DNA of 64,000 nt. Origin: an uncultured Gemmatimonadaceae bacterium. GTDB lineage: Bacteria > Gemmatimonadota > Gemmatimonadetes > Gemmatimonadales > Gemmatimonadaceae. The translations under genes and the position numbers were made by a program. Of the stretch, positions 8,305 through 18,740 are shown one piece after another. The notes below the pieces were generated by a model, which saw nothing but the letters and a program-made list of their open reading frames with translations, did no database searches and was not told the DNA's origin. The stretch is from assembly GCA_963843845.1 (NCBI GenBank), contig CAWJMB010000002.1, positions 1,568,001 through 1,632,000 on the forward strand. The letters run 5' to 3'. Each line of letters starts with the position of its first letter. Positions within the stretch are counted from its first letter, which is position 1.

Positions 8305-10572
8305 GTGCCATCCCATCGGCTCGCCGAGGTCGCGCTCCCGCTGCCGCTGTTCCGCACGTTCACGTACGCGGTGCCGGACGCGCTGCGGCACCCGCTGGTG
8401 CCAGGGACCCGCGTCGTGGTGCCGCTGCGCAAGGGGAAGGAGATCGGCATCTACCTCGGGCCCGGGACGCCGGCGTCGTTAGGCACCGCGGCGCCGAAGC
8501 CGGTCATCGACGTGCCGGACGCGGAGCCGGCCATCACGCCCGCGCTGCTCGATGTCTGCCGCTGGATCGCCGACTACTACGTCGTCCCGCTGGGCGTCGC
8601 GCTGCGGTGTGCCCTCCCGGTCCTGCTGACCGGCGTCGCGACACCCGAGCCGGCGCGGAAGACGCGGCGCGTCGCGACGGTCGTCCGCCACCTGGAGTCG
8701 CTCGCCGAGCGCGACCGCGCGTTCGGCCGGGCGGCGCAGCAGCGCGCGCTGTTCGAGCTGCTCGAGTCGAGCGGCGGACGGGCCCCCGTGGAGCAGATGC
8801 TCGAGCGACTCGCGTTCTCGCCGTCGGTGCTCAGGGGGCTCGTCGCGCGCGGCCTCGTCGACGTGCGCGACGAGATCGTCTCGCGCGATCCGTTCGCGCT
8901 GCGGGCAGGGACGCCGGCGCCCGCGATGCCGACGACCGCGCAGGGTGCGGCGATCGACGCGCTCGTGGCCGGCGCGCCCGCCGAGACGTTTCTGCTGCAC
9001 GGCGTCACCGGGAGCGGCAAGACGCTCGTCTACATCGAGCTGCTGCGCCGCGTCGTCACCGAGCGCGGACAGGGCGCGATCGTGCTCGTGCCCGAGATCG
9101 CGCTCACGCCGCAGACGGTCGACCGGTTCCGCGGCGCCTTCGGCGATCAGGTCGCGGTGCTGCACAGCGCGCTCTCGGACGGCGAGCGGTACGACGCCTG
9201 GCTCGCGCTGCGGCGCGGCGAGAAGCGCATCGCGGTCGGTGCCCGCTCCGCGATCTTCGCGCCCGTCGCGAACCTCGGCGCCATCATCGTGGACGAGGAA
9301 CACGAGTCGAGCTACAAGCAGGGAGAGACGCCGCGCTATCACGCGCGCGAGACGGCGATCGTGCGCGCACGGGTCGACGGAGCGGTCGTCGTGCTGGGCA
9401 GCGCGACACCGAGCCTCGAGAGCTGGACGAACGCGACGTCGGGCAAGTACCGGCTCCTCTCGCTCCCCGACCGCGTCGGCGGCGGGCGCCTCCCCGTGAT
9501 CGACGTCGTCGACCTGCGCACCCCCGCTCACGACTCGGCGGCGCAGCACGCGAAGTTCGCGGTGCCCGGCGTGCTGTCGCGTGAGCTGGACACGGCGCTC
9601 GCCGACCGGCTCGACAAGGGCGAGCAGAGCATCCTGCTGCTCAACCGTCGCGGCTACTCCGCGTTCGTGCAGTGCAGCGAGAACGGGCACGTCGCGCAGT
9701 GTCCGAACTGCTCGATCGCGCTCACCTACCACCGTACGCCCGAGCAGCTCGTCTGTCACTACTGTCTGCACAGTGAGCCGCCGTGGGAGCGCTGCCGCCT
9801 GTGCGGGAGCACGACGCTCCGGCAGCGCGGGCTCGGCACGCAGCAGGTCGAACGGATTCTCGCCGAGCGCTTCCCGTCGGCGCGCATCGCACGGATGGAC
9901 GTCGACACGACCGGTGCGAAGTGGGCGCACGCCGAGATCCTGGACCGCGTGGGGCGCGGCGAGATCGACATGCTGCTGGGCACCCAGATGATCGCCAAGG
10001 GTCTCGACTTCGCGAACGTGACGCTGGTCGGCGTGATCGACGCCGACACCGGGATCAACCTGCCGGACTTCCGGGCGTCGGAGCGGTGCTTCCAGCTGCT
10101 GGCGCAGGTCGCGGGACGGGCCGGGCGCGGACCGAAGGGCGGACGCGTGCTGATCCAGACGCGGGTGCCGTCGCACCACGCCGTGCGATGCGCGGTGGGA
10201 CACGACTACGATGCCTTCGTGCGTGAAGAGCTGAGCGGCCGGCTGGCACCGCCGTACCCGCCGACGATCCGGCTCGCGAACATCGTCGTGAGCGGGATCT
10301 ACGAAGCGGCGACGGCAGAGTTCGCGGAGAGCGCGGCGACGTGGGTGCAGCGGCTGCTCGCGCGGACGTCGGCCGAGGGGATCACGCTCGTCGGGCCGGC
10401 GCCGTGTCCGGTCGAGCGCATCAAGCAGCGGTGGCGGTGGCACTTCCTGCTCAAGTCCGAGCGTCCGGCCGAGCTGACGCGCGTCGCGCGCTACTTCCTC
10501 GCCCGCTTCCCCGTGCCGAAGCACGCCGGACTGCGCCTCGCGCTCGACCGCGACCCGGTCGCATTGCTCTGA
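8305..10572 (+). CDS. priA: primosomal protein N' (replication restart helicase)
   Basis: TFTY N-terminus, GVTGSGKT, VPEIALTPQ, DEEHESSYKQ, LNRRGY, Cys-rich region, GTQMIAKGLDF, QVAGRAGR. Confidence 0.96.
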   Translation: MPSHRLAEVALPLPLFRTFTYAVPDALRHPLVPGTRVVVPLRKGKEIGIYLGPGTPASLGTAAPKPVIDVPDAEPAITPALLDVCRWIADYYVVPLGVALRCALPVLLTGVATPEPARKTRRVATVVRHLESLAERDRAFGRAAQQRALFELLESSGGRAPVEQMLERLAFSPSVLRGLVARGLVDVRDEIVSRDPFALRAGTPAPAMPTTAQGAAIDALVAGAPAETFLLHGVTGSGKTLVYIELLRRVVTERGQGAIVLVPEIALTPQTVDRFRGAFGDQVAVLHSALSDGERYDAWLALRRGEKRIAVGARSAIFAPVANLGAIIVDEEHESSYKQGETPRYHARETAIVRARVDGAVVVLGSATPSLESWTNATSGKYRLLSLPDRVGGGRLPVIDVVDLRTPAHDSAAQHAKFAVPGVLSRELDTALADRLDKGEQSILLLNRRGYSAFVQCSENGHVAQCPNCSIALTYHRTPEQLVCHYCLHSEPPWERCRLCGSTTLRQRGLGTQQVERILAERFPSARIARMDVDTTGAKWAHAEILDRVGRGEIDMLLGTQMIAKGLDFANVTLVGVIDADTGINLPDFRASERCFQLLAQVAGRAGRGPKGGRVLIQTRVPSHHAVRCAVGHDYDAFVREELSGRLAPPYPPTIRLANIVVSGIYEAATAEFAESAATWVQRLLARTSAEGITLVGPAPCPVERIKQRWRWHFLLKSERPAELTRVARYFLARFPVPKHAGLRLALDRDPVALL

Positions 10573-10596
10573 GCGTGGCGCGGTAGATTGCGCGGC

Positions 10597-11025
10597 GTGA
10601 CGACTCCGATTGACGACACGTCGCCCGTGATGCGCGGTCCGCAGAGCGGCGCGAGCCGACTCGCCGACGACACGCGGCGCCGGTTCGTCGCGGCGATCGT
10701 CGCGCACGTGCCGCTCGACCGGATTGTCGAGCTGTACCTGTTCCCCCCGATGCGGCAGGGCGGGGTGGAGACGGGCGTGGCGGTCGTCGCGTCGCGACCC
10801 GCCGACGCCGACGGTGCGCGGCACACGGTGTTCATGGCGCGCTATCGACTCACGATCAGAGGCCCCGAGCGCGGCACGTGGGACGCCGACGTCGTCGAGG
10901 AAGCCGACGCGCCGCTCGTCACCGTCGAGGCGGTCGTACGCGGCGTGCAGCGCAGGGCCGGCGACGCCGCCGACGCGGAACGGCTCGGAGCGGAGGCGGT
11001 CCGGCGACTGCTCGGCGCTGCCTGA
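10597..11025 (+). CDS. hypothetical protein
   Basis: Protein-like ORF following priA; start uncertain. Confidence 0.65.
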   Translation: MTTPIDDTSPVMRGPQSGASRLADDTRRRFVAAIVAHVPLDRIVELYLFPPMRQGGVETGVAVVASRPADADGARHTVFMARYRLTIRGPERGTWDADVVEEADAPLVTVEAVVRGVQRRAGDAADAERLGAEAVRRLLGAA

Positions 11026-11037
11026 CGGGCCGCTGGC

Positions 11038-12282
11038 TCAGGGGGGCCGCGACTTGATGAACGTTCGGTTGCCCGGATCGTTGGTCGGGATCTGACCCGT
11101 CACTTTCACGCGCACCGTGTCGCCGCGCAGCGTGCCTTCGAGCACCGCGTACGTGTAGCGGGTGTCGCGGTTGTCGATGGCGCGGAGGCGGATGGTCTCG
11201 CCGGTCAGGGTACCGATCAGCCCGTACTGCTCGTTCCCCGCGAGCCGGTAGGCGCCGGTGACTTCGGTGACGCCGTTGCCGCGCCCGTCGGCCCAGATGC
11301 GTAGGAGCTCCTGCCCACGCGGGCCGTCGTTCGCGAAGTAGCGGCCGTCGATCGGGTCGCGGTCGTTCGCGCGAACGAACAGCGCGCGGCTCAGGATCGG
11401 CACCCACGAGCCGAACAGGCCGATGCCACCGCTGAGGCGATTGATGATCCCCGAGCCCGTGAAGGGATCGTTGCGCGTCCGATAGTAGTCGAAGTAGCTG
11501 GTGTCGACCGCGGAGACGTACACGTTCTGCGTGAACCCCGCCTGGAAGACACGCGGCAGTCGTTCGGCGAACAGGTTGCGCAGCTCGCCGGTGAGGTCGA
11601 TCGCTGCCGAGTCGGTGAACAGAAAGAAGGCGCCGTAGACGGATTCGATGCGGAGCGCGTAGGCGCGCGCGCCGGGCACCGGCGTCCATCGGAGGCGGAG
11701 TGTGTCCGTGTCACGATTGAACGTCGACACGTCGAACGGCGGCGCGACCGACGTCGAGGGCGTGCCGGGAACGAGCGTCTGCCCGGTCGTGACGCGGCCG
11801 TCCGGCAGCTCGACGCGAAGGCGATAGCGCCCCCCGGGCAAGATCGGCAGCTGGTTCGTCGCCCCGAAGCCCGCGGGACGCACCCCACCCTGCGAGGGGA
11901 GCGGGTTGCTGTTCAGGAAGACGTACATCCCCGTCCCCGCCGGCTCCGCCACGGTCGTCCGCCTGACCAGCGTCTCGATGGCCGTGGCGACCGTGCCGTC
12001 CGGCCCCGTGATCGTGACGCGCGCGCCGTTGATCGGGACGCCGCCGCCGCTCACGATCGGATCGTCGACGCTGCTCGCCGAGTCGTCGCTGACGGCGATC
12101 CGGCCGGTGAGCGTGCGCTCGACGAGCACCGACTGCTCGAGGGTGCCGGCGTTCAGCACCGCGTGGACGACCGGTCGATCCTCGCCGGTCGCGACGCGCC
12201 GTTCGTCGAACGTGCACGCGGAGGCGCCGAACGCGATGGCCCCGCACGCGATCAGCGCGACCGTTCGGCACAGCCGCCTCAT
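11038..12282 (-). CDS. putative lipoprotein, DUF4249-like
   Basis: Signal peptide with lipobox-like ASAC; PVVHAVLN...VLVERT, GARVTIT, PGGRYRLRV and GGIGLFGS resemble DUF4249; ATG overlaps the TGA of the upstream receptor. Confidence 0.7.
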   Translation of the reverse strand: MRRLCRTVALIACGAIAFGASACTFDERRVATGEDRPVVHAVLNAGTLEQSVLVERTLTGRIAVSDDSASSVDDPIVSGGGVPINGARVTITGPDGTVATAIETLVRRTTVAEPAGTGMYVFLNSNPLPSQGGVRPAGFGATNQLPILPGGRYRLRVELPDGRVTTGQTLVPGTPSTSVAPPFDVSTFNRDTDTLRLRWTPVPGARAYALRIESVYGAFFLFTDSAAIDLTGELRNLFAERLPRVFQAGFTQNVYVSAVDTSYFDYYRTRNDPFTGSGIINRLSGGIGLFGSWVPILSRALFVRANDRDPIDGRYFANDGPRGQELLRIWADGRGNGVTEVTGAYRLAGNEQYGLIGTLTGETIRLRAIDNRDTRYTYAVLEGTLRGDTVRVKVTGQIPTNDPGNRTFIKSRPP

Positions 12283-14642
12283 CAGAAGGTCACCGAGAGG
12301 CCGAGGCTCGGCAGCAGCGGGAACTGTGAGATCGACTTCCGCGTCGGCGGGTTCGCCTGATAGTTGAATGCGTAGACGAACGTGTTCTGCCGATTGTACG
12401 CGTTGACGAGCTGGAACGACGGCGTCCACGTCGAGTGTCGCCGCTCGAAGGTGCGCGAGACGCCGACGTCGAGTCGGTGGAACGGCGGGTAGCGCATGGC
12501 GTTGCGCGCCCCGCCCAACGGTTCCGGGCCCGGCTGGCTGATACCGCTGTCCCACGTGTTGTGAGCGCCGTCGTAGTAGCGCCGCACGAGCTGCCCCGTG
12601 ACGTCGGTGAATGGCGTTCCCGAGCCGTAGCCGAAGCGCGCACTCAGCACGAAGTTCGCGCCCGCGCGCCAGCTGCCGACTGCGTTCAGGTTGTGCCGCC
12701 GGTCCTGCGCCGGCCAGTACGGACCGACGGTCTGCTGCGTCACGCCCGGATCGGCGAGACCGTCCTCGCGCTCGCGACGGTTCACGCCGTAGCCGTACGA
12801 GATCCACCCGCTGAACGCACCGCCGCCCTCGACGCGCCGCAGCAGGACGTCGGCGCCGTAGGACTGACCACCGACGGTGCGAAACTCGTCGCCGCGCCGC
12901 GCCGGGTCGTCGGCCTCGTTCGGCTCGAGCAGATCGTCATAGCGCTTGCGGTATCCCTCGACGCGCACGAACGCGCGCGGGCCGAACCACCGCTCGACGC
13001 CGGCGATGAGGTGCGTGCTCGTCGAGACCGGGGTGTACTCGTCCGACGTCACCCAGAAGTCGAAGATGCGGACCGGCGTATCCTCGTTGCGGATCGCGTG
13101 CATCCACTGGGCATACCGCCCGCCGGCGACGGTGATCGCCAGGTCGGGCGTCGCGAACCAGCGCACCGATGCCCGCGGCGAGACCGCCGCCCACCGCGCC
13201 CCGCTCACGCCGTCGGCCCGCAGTCCGAACCGCGCGAGGATCCGATCGTTCGGCCGCCACGTGTCGTCGACGTAGAGCGACAGCGCCGTCGGCCGCTGTC
13301 GCAGCGTGAACAGCGGTGCGACCGAGCCGGCGGAGGTGATGTCGTAGCGAACCGAGAGCGACGACAGGGCGTAGCCGACGCGCGTCGAATGGCGGGCGCG
13401 GTAGCCGGCGACCTGACCGGACAGCTGGACGTCGCGCAGGTCGTCGCGGAAATCGATCGAGCCGCTCCCGAGGTCGAGCCTCGTCGAGAAGGAGGTGACC
13501 GACGCGCGCTGCGTGAGCGAGGCGCTGTCACCGAGCCACGCGGCGCCGAGCGGGCGGAGGTAGGTGAGCCCGGCGAGGCGGTTCCCCCACTCGAACCCGA
13601 ATGCGCCGCCTCCCGCACGCGCGGAGTCGGCGCCGAAGTCCGCGAAGCTGCCGCCGAGCACGTCGGCGCCTGCGTACGCCGTGAGCGACAGCGTACCGTC
13701 GCCGAGCTGCCAGCGCGCCGTGCCCTGCACGTCCTGGAAGTGGTAGGGAAGTGACTTCGAGCTGAGCGCGCCGACGACCTTGTCGAGATACGTGCGCCGC
13801 GCCGCGATGCTCCAAGCGCCACGGCCGTCGTTCACGAGTCCGCCGAGCGTCGCGCTCGACGAGAGCATCGACACGCTCGTCGTGCCGTGCACGCCGCGGC
13901 GATCCGGCTCGCGCGAGCGCACCGTCAGCACGCTCGACAGCCGGCTCCCGTACTCTGCCGGGAAGCCGCCGACGAGCATCTCGACGCTGCCGACCGCCTG
14001 GTCGATGAACGTGCCGAACAGCCCGCCGAGGTGGAACGGGTTGTAGACCGGGATCCCGTCGAGCGTCACGAGGTTCTGGTCGCTCTCCCCGCCGCGCACG
14101 TTGTAGCCGGCGCTGTAGTCGTTGCGCGCCACGACGCCCGCCAGCAACTGAGCCGCGCGCAGGACGTCCGGCTCGCCGAGGGACGGCACGGCGCGCATCG
14201 CCTGGCCGGTCATGGTCACGCGGCCGACGTCCGACGTCCGCTCGAACTGCGTGCGCTCCACCGCGCGGTCGTCGGCGCGCACGGTCGCGAGCGACTGCGC
14301 CGCCGGCGCCAGCCGGAGCACGACGGTCGTCGTCTCACCGCTGCGAACCGTCGCCGTCGTGCGTCCCGGCGCGTAGCCGAGGGCGCGCGCCTGGACGGTC
14401 CAGTTGCCGGCAGCGAGCGCCGTGAGCAGCCCGTCGCCGTCGTCTCCGGTCGCCATCCGCCGCGTCGTGGCGTTCGGCGACTCGGCCGCGACGACGGCGC
14501 GCGGCACGCCCTCGCTGGTCGTCGCCGAGACGACGCGCACGCGCAGGGCACCCGCGCGTGCGCCCTGCGACAGCGCGGGGCGTGCGGAGAGCGTGGCCAG
14601 CGCGAGCGCGGCCAGGCGGAGGGCGGGGATGACGAGGCGCAA
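12282..14642 (-). CDS. TonB-dependent receptor with N-terminal carboxypeptidase-regulatory-like domain
   Basis: Plug motifs GEPDVLR, VRGGESDQNLVTLDGIPVYNPFHLGG, GGFPAEYG; SPRASVRW; C-terminal aromatic residue (SVTF). Confidence 0.92.
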   Translation of the reverse strand: MRLVIPALRLAALALATLSARPALSQGARAGALRVRVVSATTSEGVPRAVVAAESPNATTRRMATGDDGDGLLTALAAGNWTVQARALGYAPGRTTATVRSGETTTVVLRLAPAAQSLATVRADDRAVERTQFERTSDVGRVTMTGQAMRAVPSLGEPDVLRAAQLLAGVVARNDYSAGYNVRGGESDQNLVTLDGIPVYNPFHLGGLFGTFIDQAVGSVEMLVGGFPAEYGSRLSSVLTVRSREPDRRGVHGTTSVSMLSSSATLGGLVNDGRGAWSIAARRTYLDKVVGALSSKSLPYHFQDVQGTARWQLGDGTLSLTAYAGADVLGGSFADFGADSARAGGGAFGFEWGNRLAGLTYLRPLGAAWLGDSASLTQRASVTSFSTRLDLGSGSIDFRDDLRDVQLSGQVAGYRARHSTRVGYALSSLSVRYDITSAGSVAPLFTLRQRPTALSLYVDDTWRPNDRILARFGLRADGVSGARWAAVSPRASVRWFATPDLAITVAGGRYAQWMHAIRNEDTPVRIFDFWVTSDEYTPVSTSTHLIAGVERWFGPRAFVRVEGYRKRYDDLLEPNEADDPARRGDEFRTVGGQSYGADVLLRRVEGGGAFSGWISYGYGVNRREREDGLADPGVTQQTVGPYWPAQDRRHNLNAVGSWRAGANFVLSARFGYGSGTPFTDVTGQLVRRYYDGAHNTWDSGISQPGPEPLGGARNAMRYPPFHRLDVGVSRTFERRHSTWTPSFQLVNAYNRQNTFVYAFNYQANPPTRKSISQFPLLPSLGLSVTF

Positions 14643-14724
14643 GCGCGGAGTCTACACCGTTGGCGCCCCCGTGTTGCCGCATCGTCACCTCGCTCCTCGT
14701 CCGCGCACTGCGCATACTTCGGGC

Positions 14725-15459
14725 ATGCAAGTGTCCACCGCCCCCTCGTTCGGCTTCGTCGCGGCGTTCGCCGGCGGGCTGCTGAGCTTTCTGTCGCCGT
14801 GCGTGCTCCCGCTCGTGCCGAGCTACGTCACCTTCATCACCGGCATGAGCCTCGACGACGCGCGGCAGGCGCGGCGCGCGGCGCTCGTGCACGCGCTGCT
14901 CTTCGTCCTCGGCTTCTCGCTCATCTTCATCGCGCTCGGGGCGAGCGCGACGGTGCTCGGCCGCCTGCTCGTCACGTACCGACGGCTGATCGCACAGGTC
15001 GGCGGCGCGCTCATCATCGTGTTCGGGCTCTACCTCCTCGGCGCCTTCCGCAGCGCGACGTTCGATCGCGAGCGGCGGGTGCACCTCGCCGACAAGCCGG
15101 CCGGCTACCTCGGCACGGTGCTGGTCGGCGTCGCGTTCGGCGCGGGGTGGACGCCGTGCATCGGGCCGATCCTCGGGACGATCCTGATGTACGGGATGGC
15201 GGCGTCCGACGTAGGACGCGGCACCGCGCTCCTCGCAGCGTACTCGCTCGGCCTCGCGATCCCGTTCGTGCTGGCGGCGATCGCGATTCCGCAATTCCTC
15301 GCCGCGTTCCGCCGGGTGCGGCAGTACATCGGCGTCATCAACAAGGTCTCCGGCGCGCTCCTCGTCGTCGTCGGCGTGCTGATGATGACGAGCTACTTCA
15401 CGCGCGTCTCAGGGATCCTGCAAGCGTGGACGCCGCGCTTCATCCTCGAGCGCACCTGA
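14725..15459 (+). CDS. ccdA: cytochrome c biogenesis protein CcdA
   Basis: SFLSPCVLPLVPSY, GWTPCIGPILG, YSLGLAIPF. Confidence 0.93.
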   Translation: MQVSTAPSFGFVAAFAGGLLSFLSPCVLPLVPSYVTFITGMSLDDARQARRAALVHALLFVLGFSLIFIALGASATVLGRLLVTYRRLIAQVGGALIIVFGLYLLGAFRSATFDRERRVHLADKPAGYLGTVLVGVAFGAGWTPCIGPILGTILMYGMAASDVGRGTALLAAYSLGLAIPFVLAAIAIPQFLAAFRRVRQYIGVINKVSGALLVVVGVLMMTSYFTRVSGILQAWTPRFILERT

Positions 15460-15464
15460 CGAGC

Positions 15465-15839
15465 TCACTCGTCGAGCCAGGCGCCTAACGACGCGAGCAG
15501 GACCGCGGGGCGCACCGGCTTGACGAGGACGGCGCGACACCCTGCCGCCTCGCACCGCGCGGTCGTCTCCGGGTCGTCGTGCCCGGTGAGCGCCACGACG
15601 ACGCGCGGCAGCCGGCGCTCGTCGCGCAGGGCGTGCACGACGTCGAGGCCGTCGCCGTCGGGGAGCGTGAGGTCGAGCAGCAGCGCGTCGTACGACGTCT
15701 CGCGCGCGCAGGTGATCGCCCCGGTCACCGACGCCGTCGCCGTCGCCGCATATCCGGTCGCGTCGAGCAGCGTCGTCAGTGCGTCCGTGACCAGCTCGCT
15801 GTCGTCGACGACGAGGACCGAGGGACGTGCGTCGTCCAT
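15465..15839 (-). CDS. single-domain response regulator
   Basis: VLVVDDS, LLDLTLPDGDG, ALTG, KP. Confidence 0.9.
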   Translation of the reverse strand: MDDARPSVLVVDDSELVTDALTTLLDATGYAATATASVTGAITCARETSYDALLLDLTLPDGDGLDVVHALRDERRLPRVVVALTGHDDPETTARCEAAGCRAVLVKPVRPAVLLASLGAWLDE

Positions 15840-15850
15840 CCGTCAGGCGC

Positions 15851-16726
15851 TCACCGCTCGACGGCGTCCTGCGGGATCGTGAAGTAGAAGCGGCTCCCAT
15901 CGCCGATCGCGCTCTCGACCCAGATCCGCCCGCCGTGCAGCTCGACGAGCTTGCGCGCGATCGCGAGCCCGAGCCCCGTGCCGTGATGCTGGCGTGCCGC
16001 CGACGAGTCGACCTGCGCGAACTCGCGGAAGATGAGGTCGTGATGCTCGGTGTCGATCCCGATGCCGGTGTCGCCGACCTCGACGAGCAGGTCGCGGCCG
16101 TCGGCCCCCCCGTCGCCCGTCGAGGGCTGGTCGCCGCGCAGTCGTGCACTCACCCAGACGCTGCCGCCGGCCGGCGTGAAGTGAATCGCGTTGCCGACGA
16201 GGTTGCCGAGCACGTGCGACAGCTTCTCGCGGTCGGCGACGATCGGCGGCAGGTCGGCGGGCACGCGCGACGAGAAGTGCAGACGCTTCTTCGTCAGCAG
16301 CGGCTGGTTCGTCGCGGCGAGCTGCTCGACGGTCGCGGAGAGGGCGAACGTCGTCGGCGTGAGCGCGAGCTGGTTCGCGGCGCCGCGCGCGTACGTGAGG
16401 ATCTCGCCGATCATCTGCAGGAGCTGATGGCCACCCTTGATGATCCCGTTCACACTCGCCCGCTGCCGCTCGCCCAGCTCGCCGAGGATGCCGTCGCGCA
16501 TCATCTCGGCGTTCGTGATGATCGCGGACAGCGGCGTGCGCAGGTCGTGCGAGATGTTCGACAGGAACTGCGTCTTCAGCGCGTCGCGCGCCTGCAGCTC
16601 GGCGATCAGCCGGGCGGCTTCGGCGGTCTGGAACTCGAGACTCGCGAGCCGCGTCTCGACGCCCTCGCGACTCGTCGACGACGTGTGGCGGGCCAAGTCC
16701 GGCGACGCGGGTGGCGCGGAGTGCAT
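15851..16726 (-). CDS. histidine kinase (HisKA + HATPase, no sensor domain)
   Basis: ISHDLRTPL, NLVGNA, DTGIGI, GTGLGL. Confidence 0.92.
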   Translation of the reverse strand: MHSAPPASPDLARHTSSTSREGVETRLASLEFQTAEAARLIAELQARDALKTQFLSNISHDLRTPLSAIITNAEMMRDGILGELGERQRASVNGIIKGGHQLLQMIGEILTYARGAANQLALTPTTFALSATVEQLAATNQPLLTKKRLHFSSRVPADLPPIVADREKLSHVLGNLVGNAIHFTPAGGSVWVSARLRGDQPSTGDGGADGRDLLVEVGDTGIGIDTEHHDLIFREFAQVDSSAARQHHGTGLGLAIARKLVELHGGRIWVESAIGDGSRFYFTIPQDAVER

Positions 16727-16769
16727 GATCCCAACGTACGGTTTCGGGGCGGGCGAGACAACATCCGTT

Positions 16770-18644
16770 TCACCACGGAGGGGCGCTCCCGACGGCCTCG
16801 GAGCCTTCGATCGCGTCGACGAGTTGCTGGCGGCGGAGCAGCGACGCGTAGCGGCCGTCGCGCGCGATCAGTTCGTCGTGCCGCCCCTGCTCCACGACCT
16901 CGCCGTCGTCGAGAACGAGAATCCATGAGGCGTCGCGGATGGCGCTGATGCGGTGCGATGCGATGACCGTGGTGCGGCCAGCGAGCGCGTCGCGCAGGCC
17001 GTGCAGAATCTTGGCTTCCGTGTGCGTGTCGACGGCGGACAGCGCGTCGTCGAGCAGCACCACGCTCGGCCGGCGCGCGAGCGCACGGGCGATCGACGTA
17101 CGCTGCTTCTGTCCGCCCGAGAGATTGATCCCGCGCTCACCGAGGATCGTGTCGTAGCGCGCCGGCAGCTCGGCGATCGTCGCGTCGAGCTGGGCCACCT
17201 CTGCGGCCCACGCGATCGTGTCGTCGTGGTTCGACTCGGCGTCCGTGCCGTAGGCGATGTTCGCGCCGATCGTGTCGCCGAACAGCAGACTTTCCTGCGA
17301 GACGTAGCCGATCTCGCCACGCAGCGTGCCGAGCGCGAGCGACCGCAGCGGCACACCATCGAGGAGGATCTCCCCTTCCTGCGGATCGAAGAATCGCGGC
17401 AGCAGCTCGATGAGCGCCGTCTTGCCGCTGCCGACCGCGCCGACGATGCCTAACGTCGCGCCGGCGGGGAGGTCGAAGGAGACGTTGCGGAGCACCCAAC
17501 GAGACTCGGGGACCGGTTCGGACTCTCCTCCCGATCCCCGATCCTGCCTGCCGGAGGGATAGTGAAATCCCACCCCCCGAAACTCGATGCGTCGCCCCGT
17601 GCGGCCGTCGAGCGGCGGGAGCGGCGCCGGCGCGGACGGGGACGTCACCGCCGGGCGCGCGTCGAGCAGTTCGGAGAGACGCGCCATCGACGCGGCGCCG
17701 CGCTGAAAGAGGTTCGTCACCCACCCGAGCGCGATCATCGGCCAGGTCAGCATCGCGAGATAGATCCCGAACGCCACGAACGCGCCGACGGAGATCGCGC
17801 CGCGCACGACGAGCGACCCGCCGACGCCGAGGACGATCGCGGCGCCGAGTCCGGCGAGCAGCCCGAACGACGGGTCCATGACGCCGTGCAGCCGCGCCAG
17901 CCGCATGTTCCGGTGCAGATACTCGTTGCCGAGCGCGGCGAATCGCGCCTCTTCGGCCGGCTCCTGCCGATACGCGCGGACGACGCGCACGCCGGCGAGG
18001 TTCTCCTGCGCCCGCGTCGTCATCGTCCCGAAGTGGTCCTGCACCGCCTCGAAGCGGTCGTGCACCGCGCGACCGAGCCGCACCATGATCACCGGCAGCA
18101 GAAGTACCGGCAGCAGCGCGAGCCCGGTGAGGCGCGCATCGATCCGCACCATGAACGCGAGTGCGAACGCCGTGTTCGACACCGTGCTCACGAGATACAT
18201 GATCGCCGGGCCGGCGCTCATTCGGACGGCGCTCAGGTCGTTCGTCAGGCGCGCCATCAGCTCCCCCGTGCGCCAGCGGCCGTAGAACGGCGCGTCGAGC
18301 GACTCGAGCTGCACGAAGAGCGCGTCGCGGATGTCGAACTCGACGAGGCGGCTCACGCCGTTGAGGATCTCGCGCTTCGCGAAGCTCACCACTCCCCCGA
18401 CGAGTGCGGTGGCGAGCATGAGCACGGCGACGACCGCGACGCGTCGCACGGCGTCCGGTGCGCCGAGTGCGTCGATCGCGCGGCGGAGCAGCTGCGGCAC
18501 GACGCTCCCGATGGCGGACGACGCGATGACGAGCGACAGGCCCGCGCCCAGCCGGCGTCGATACGGCGCGAGAAAGGGGAGCAGCCGGCCCAGCGATCGC
18601 AGCCCGGTACTCGGCCCGCGCGGCGGTTGCGTCACTTCTTGCAA
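16770..18644 (-). CDS. ABC transporter, fused permease/ATP-binding (MdlA-like exporter)
   Basis: TM domain, Walker A GAVGSGKT, LSGGQKQR, LLDDALSAVD. Confidence 0.94.
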   Translation of the reverse strand: MQEVTQPPRGPSTGLRSLGRLLPFLAPYRRRLGAGLSLVIASSAIGSVVPQLLRRAIDALGAPDAVRRVAVVAVLMLATALVGGVVSFAKREILNGVSRLVEFDIRDALFVQLESLDAPFYGRWRTGELMARLTNDLSAVRMSAGPAIMYLVSTVSNTAFALAFMVRIDARLTGLALLPVLLLPVIMVRLGRAVHDRFEAVQDHFGTMTTRAQENLAGVRVVRAYRQEPAEEARFAALGNEYLHRNMRLARLHGVMDPSFGLLAGLGAAIVLGVGGSLVVRGAISVGAFVAFGIYLAMLTWPMIALGWVTNLFQRGAASMARLSELLDARPAVTSPSAPAPLPPLDGRTGRRIEFRGVGFHYPSGRQDRGSGGESEPVPESRWVLRNVSFDLPAGATLGIVGAVGSGKTALIELLPRFFDPQEGEILLDGVPLRSLALGTLRGEIGYVSQESLLFGDTIGANIAYGTDAESNHDDTIAWAAEVAQLDATIAELPARYDTILGERGINLSGGQKQRTSIARALARRPSVVLLDDALSAVDTHTEAKILHGLRDALAGRTTVIASHRISAIRDASWILVLDDGEVVEQGRHDELIARDGRYASLLRRQQLVDAIEGSEAVGSAPPW

Positions 18645-18740
18645 AGAGAGTCGGGTCGACCGCCCGGCACCCGGTGCCGCAGGGCGTGTATGATCACGCC
18701 GAGCTGCCGATCGCCACCCCTTTCAACTCGGAGCCCACGC

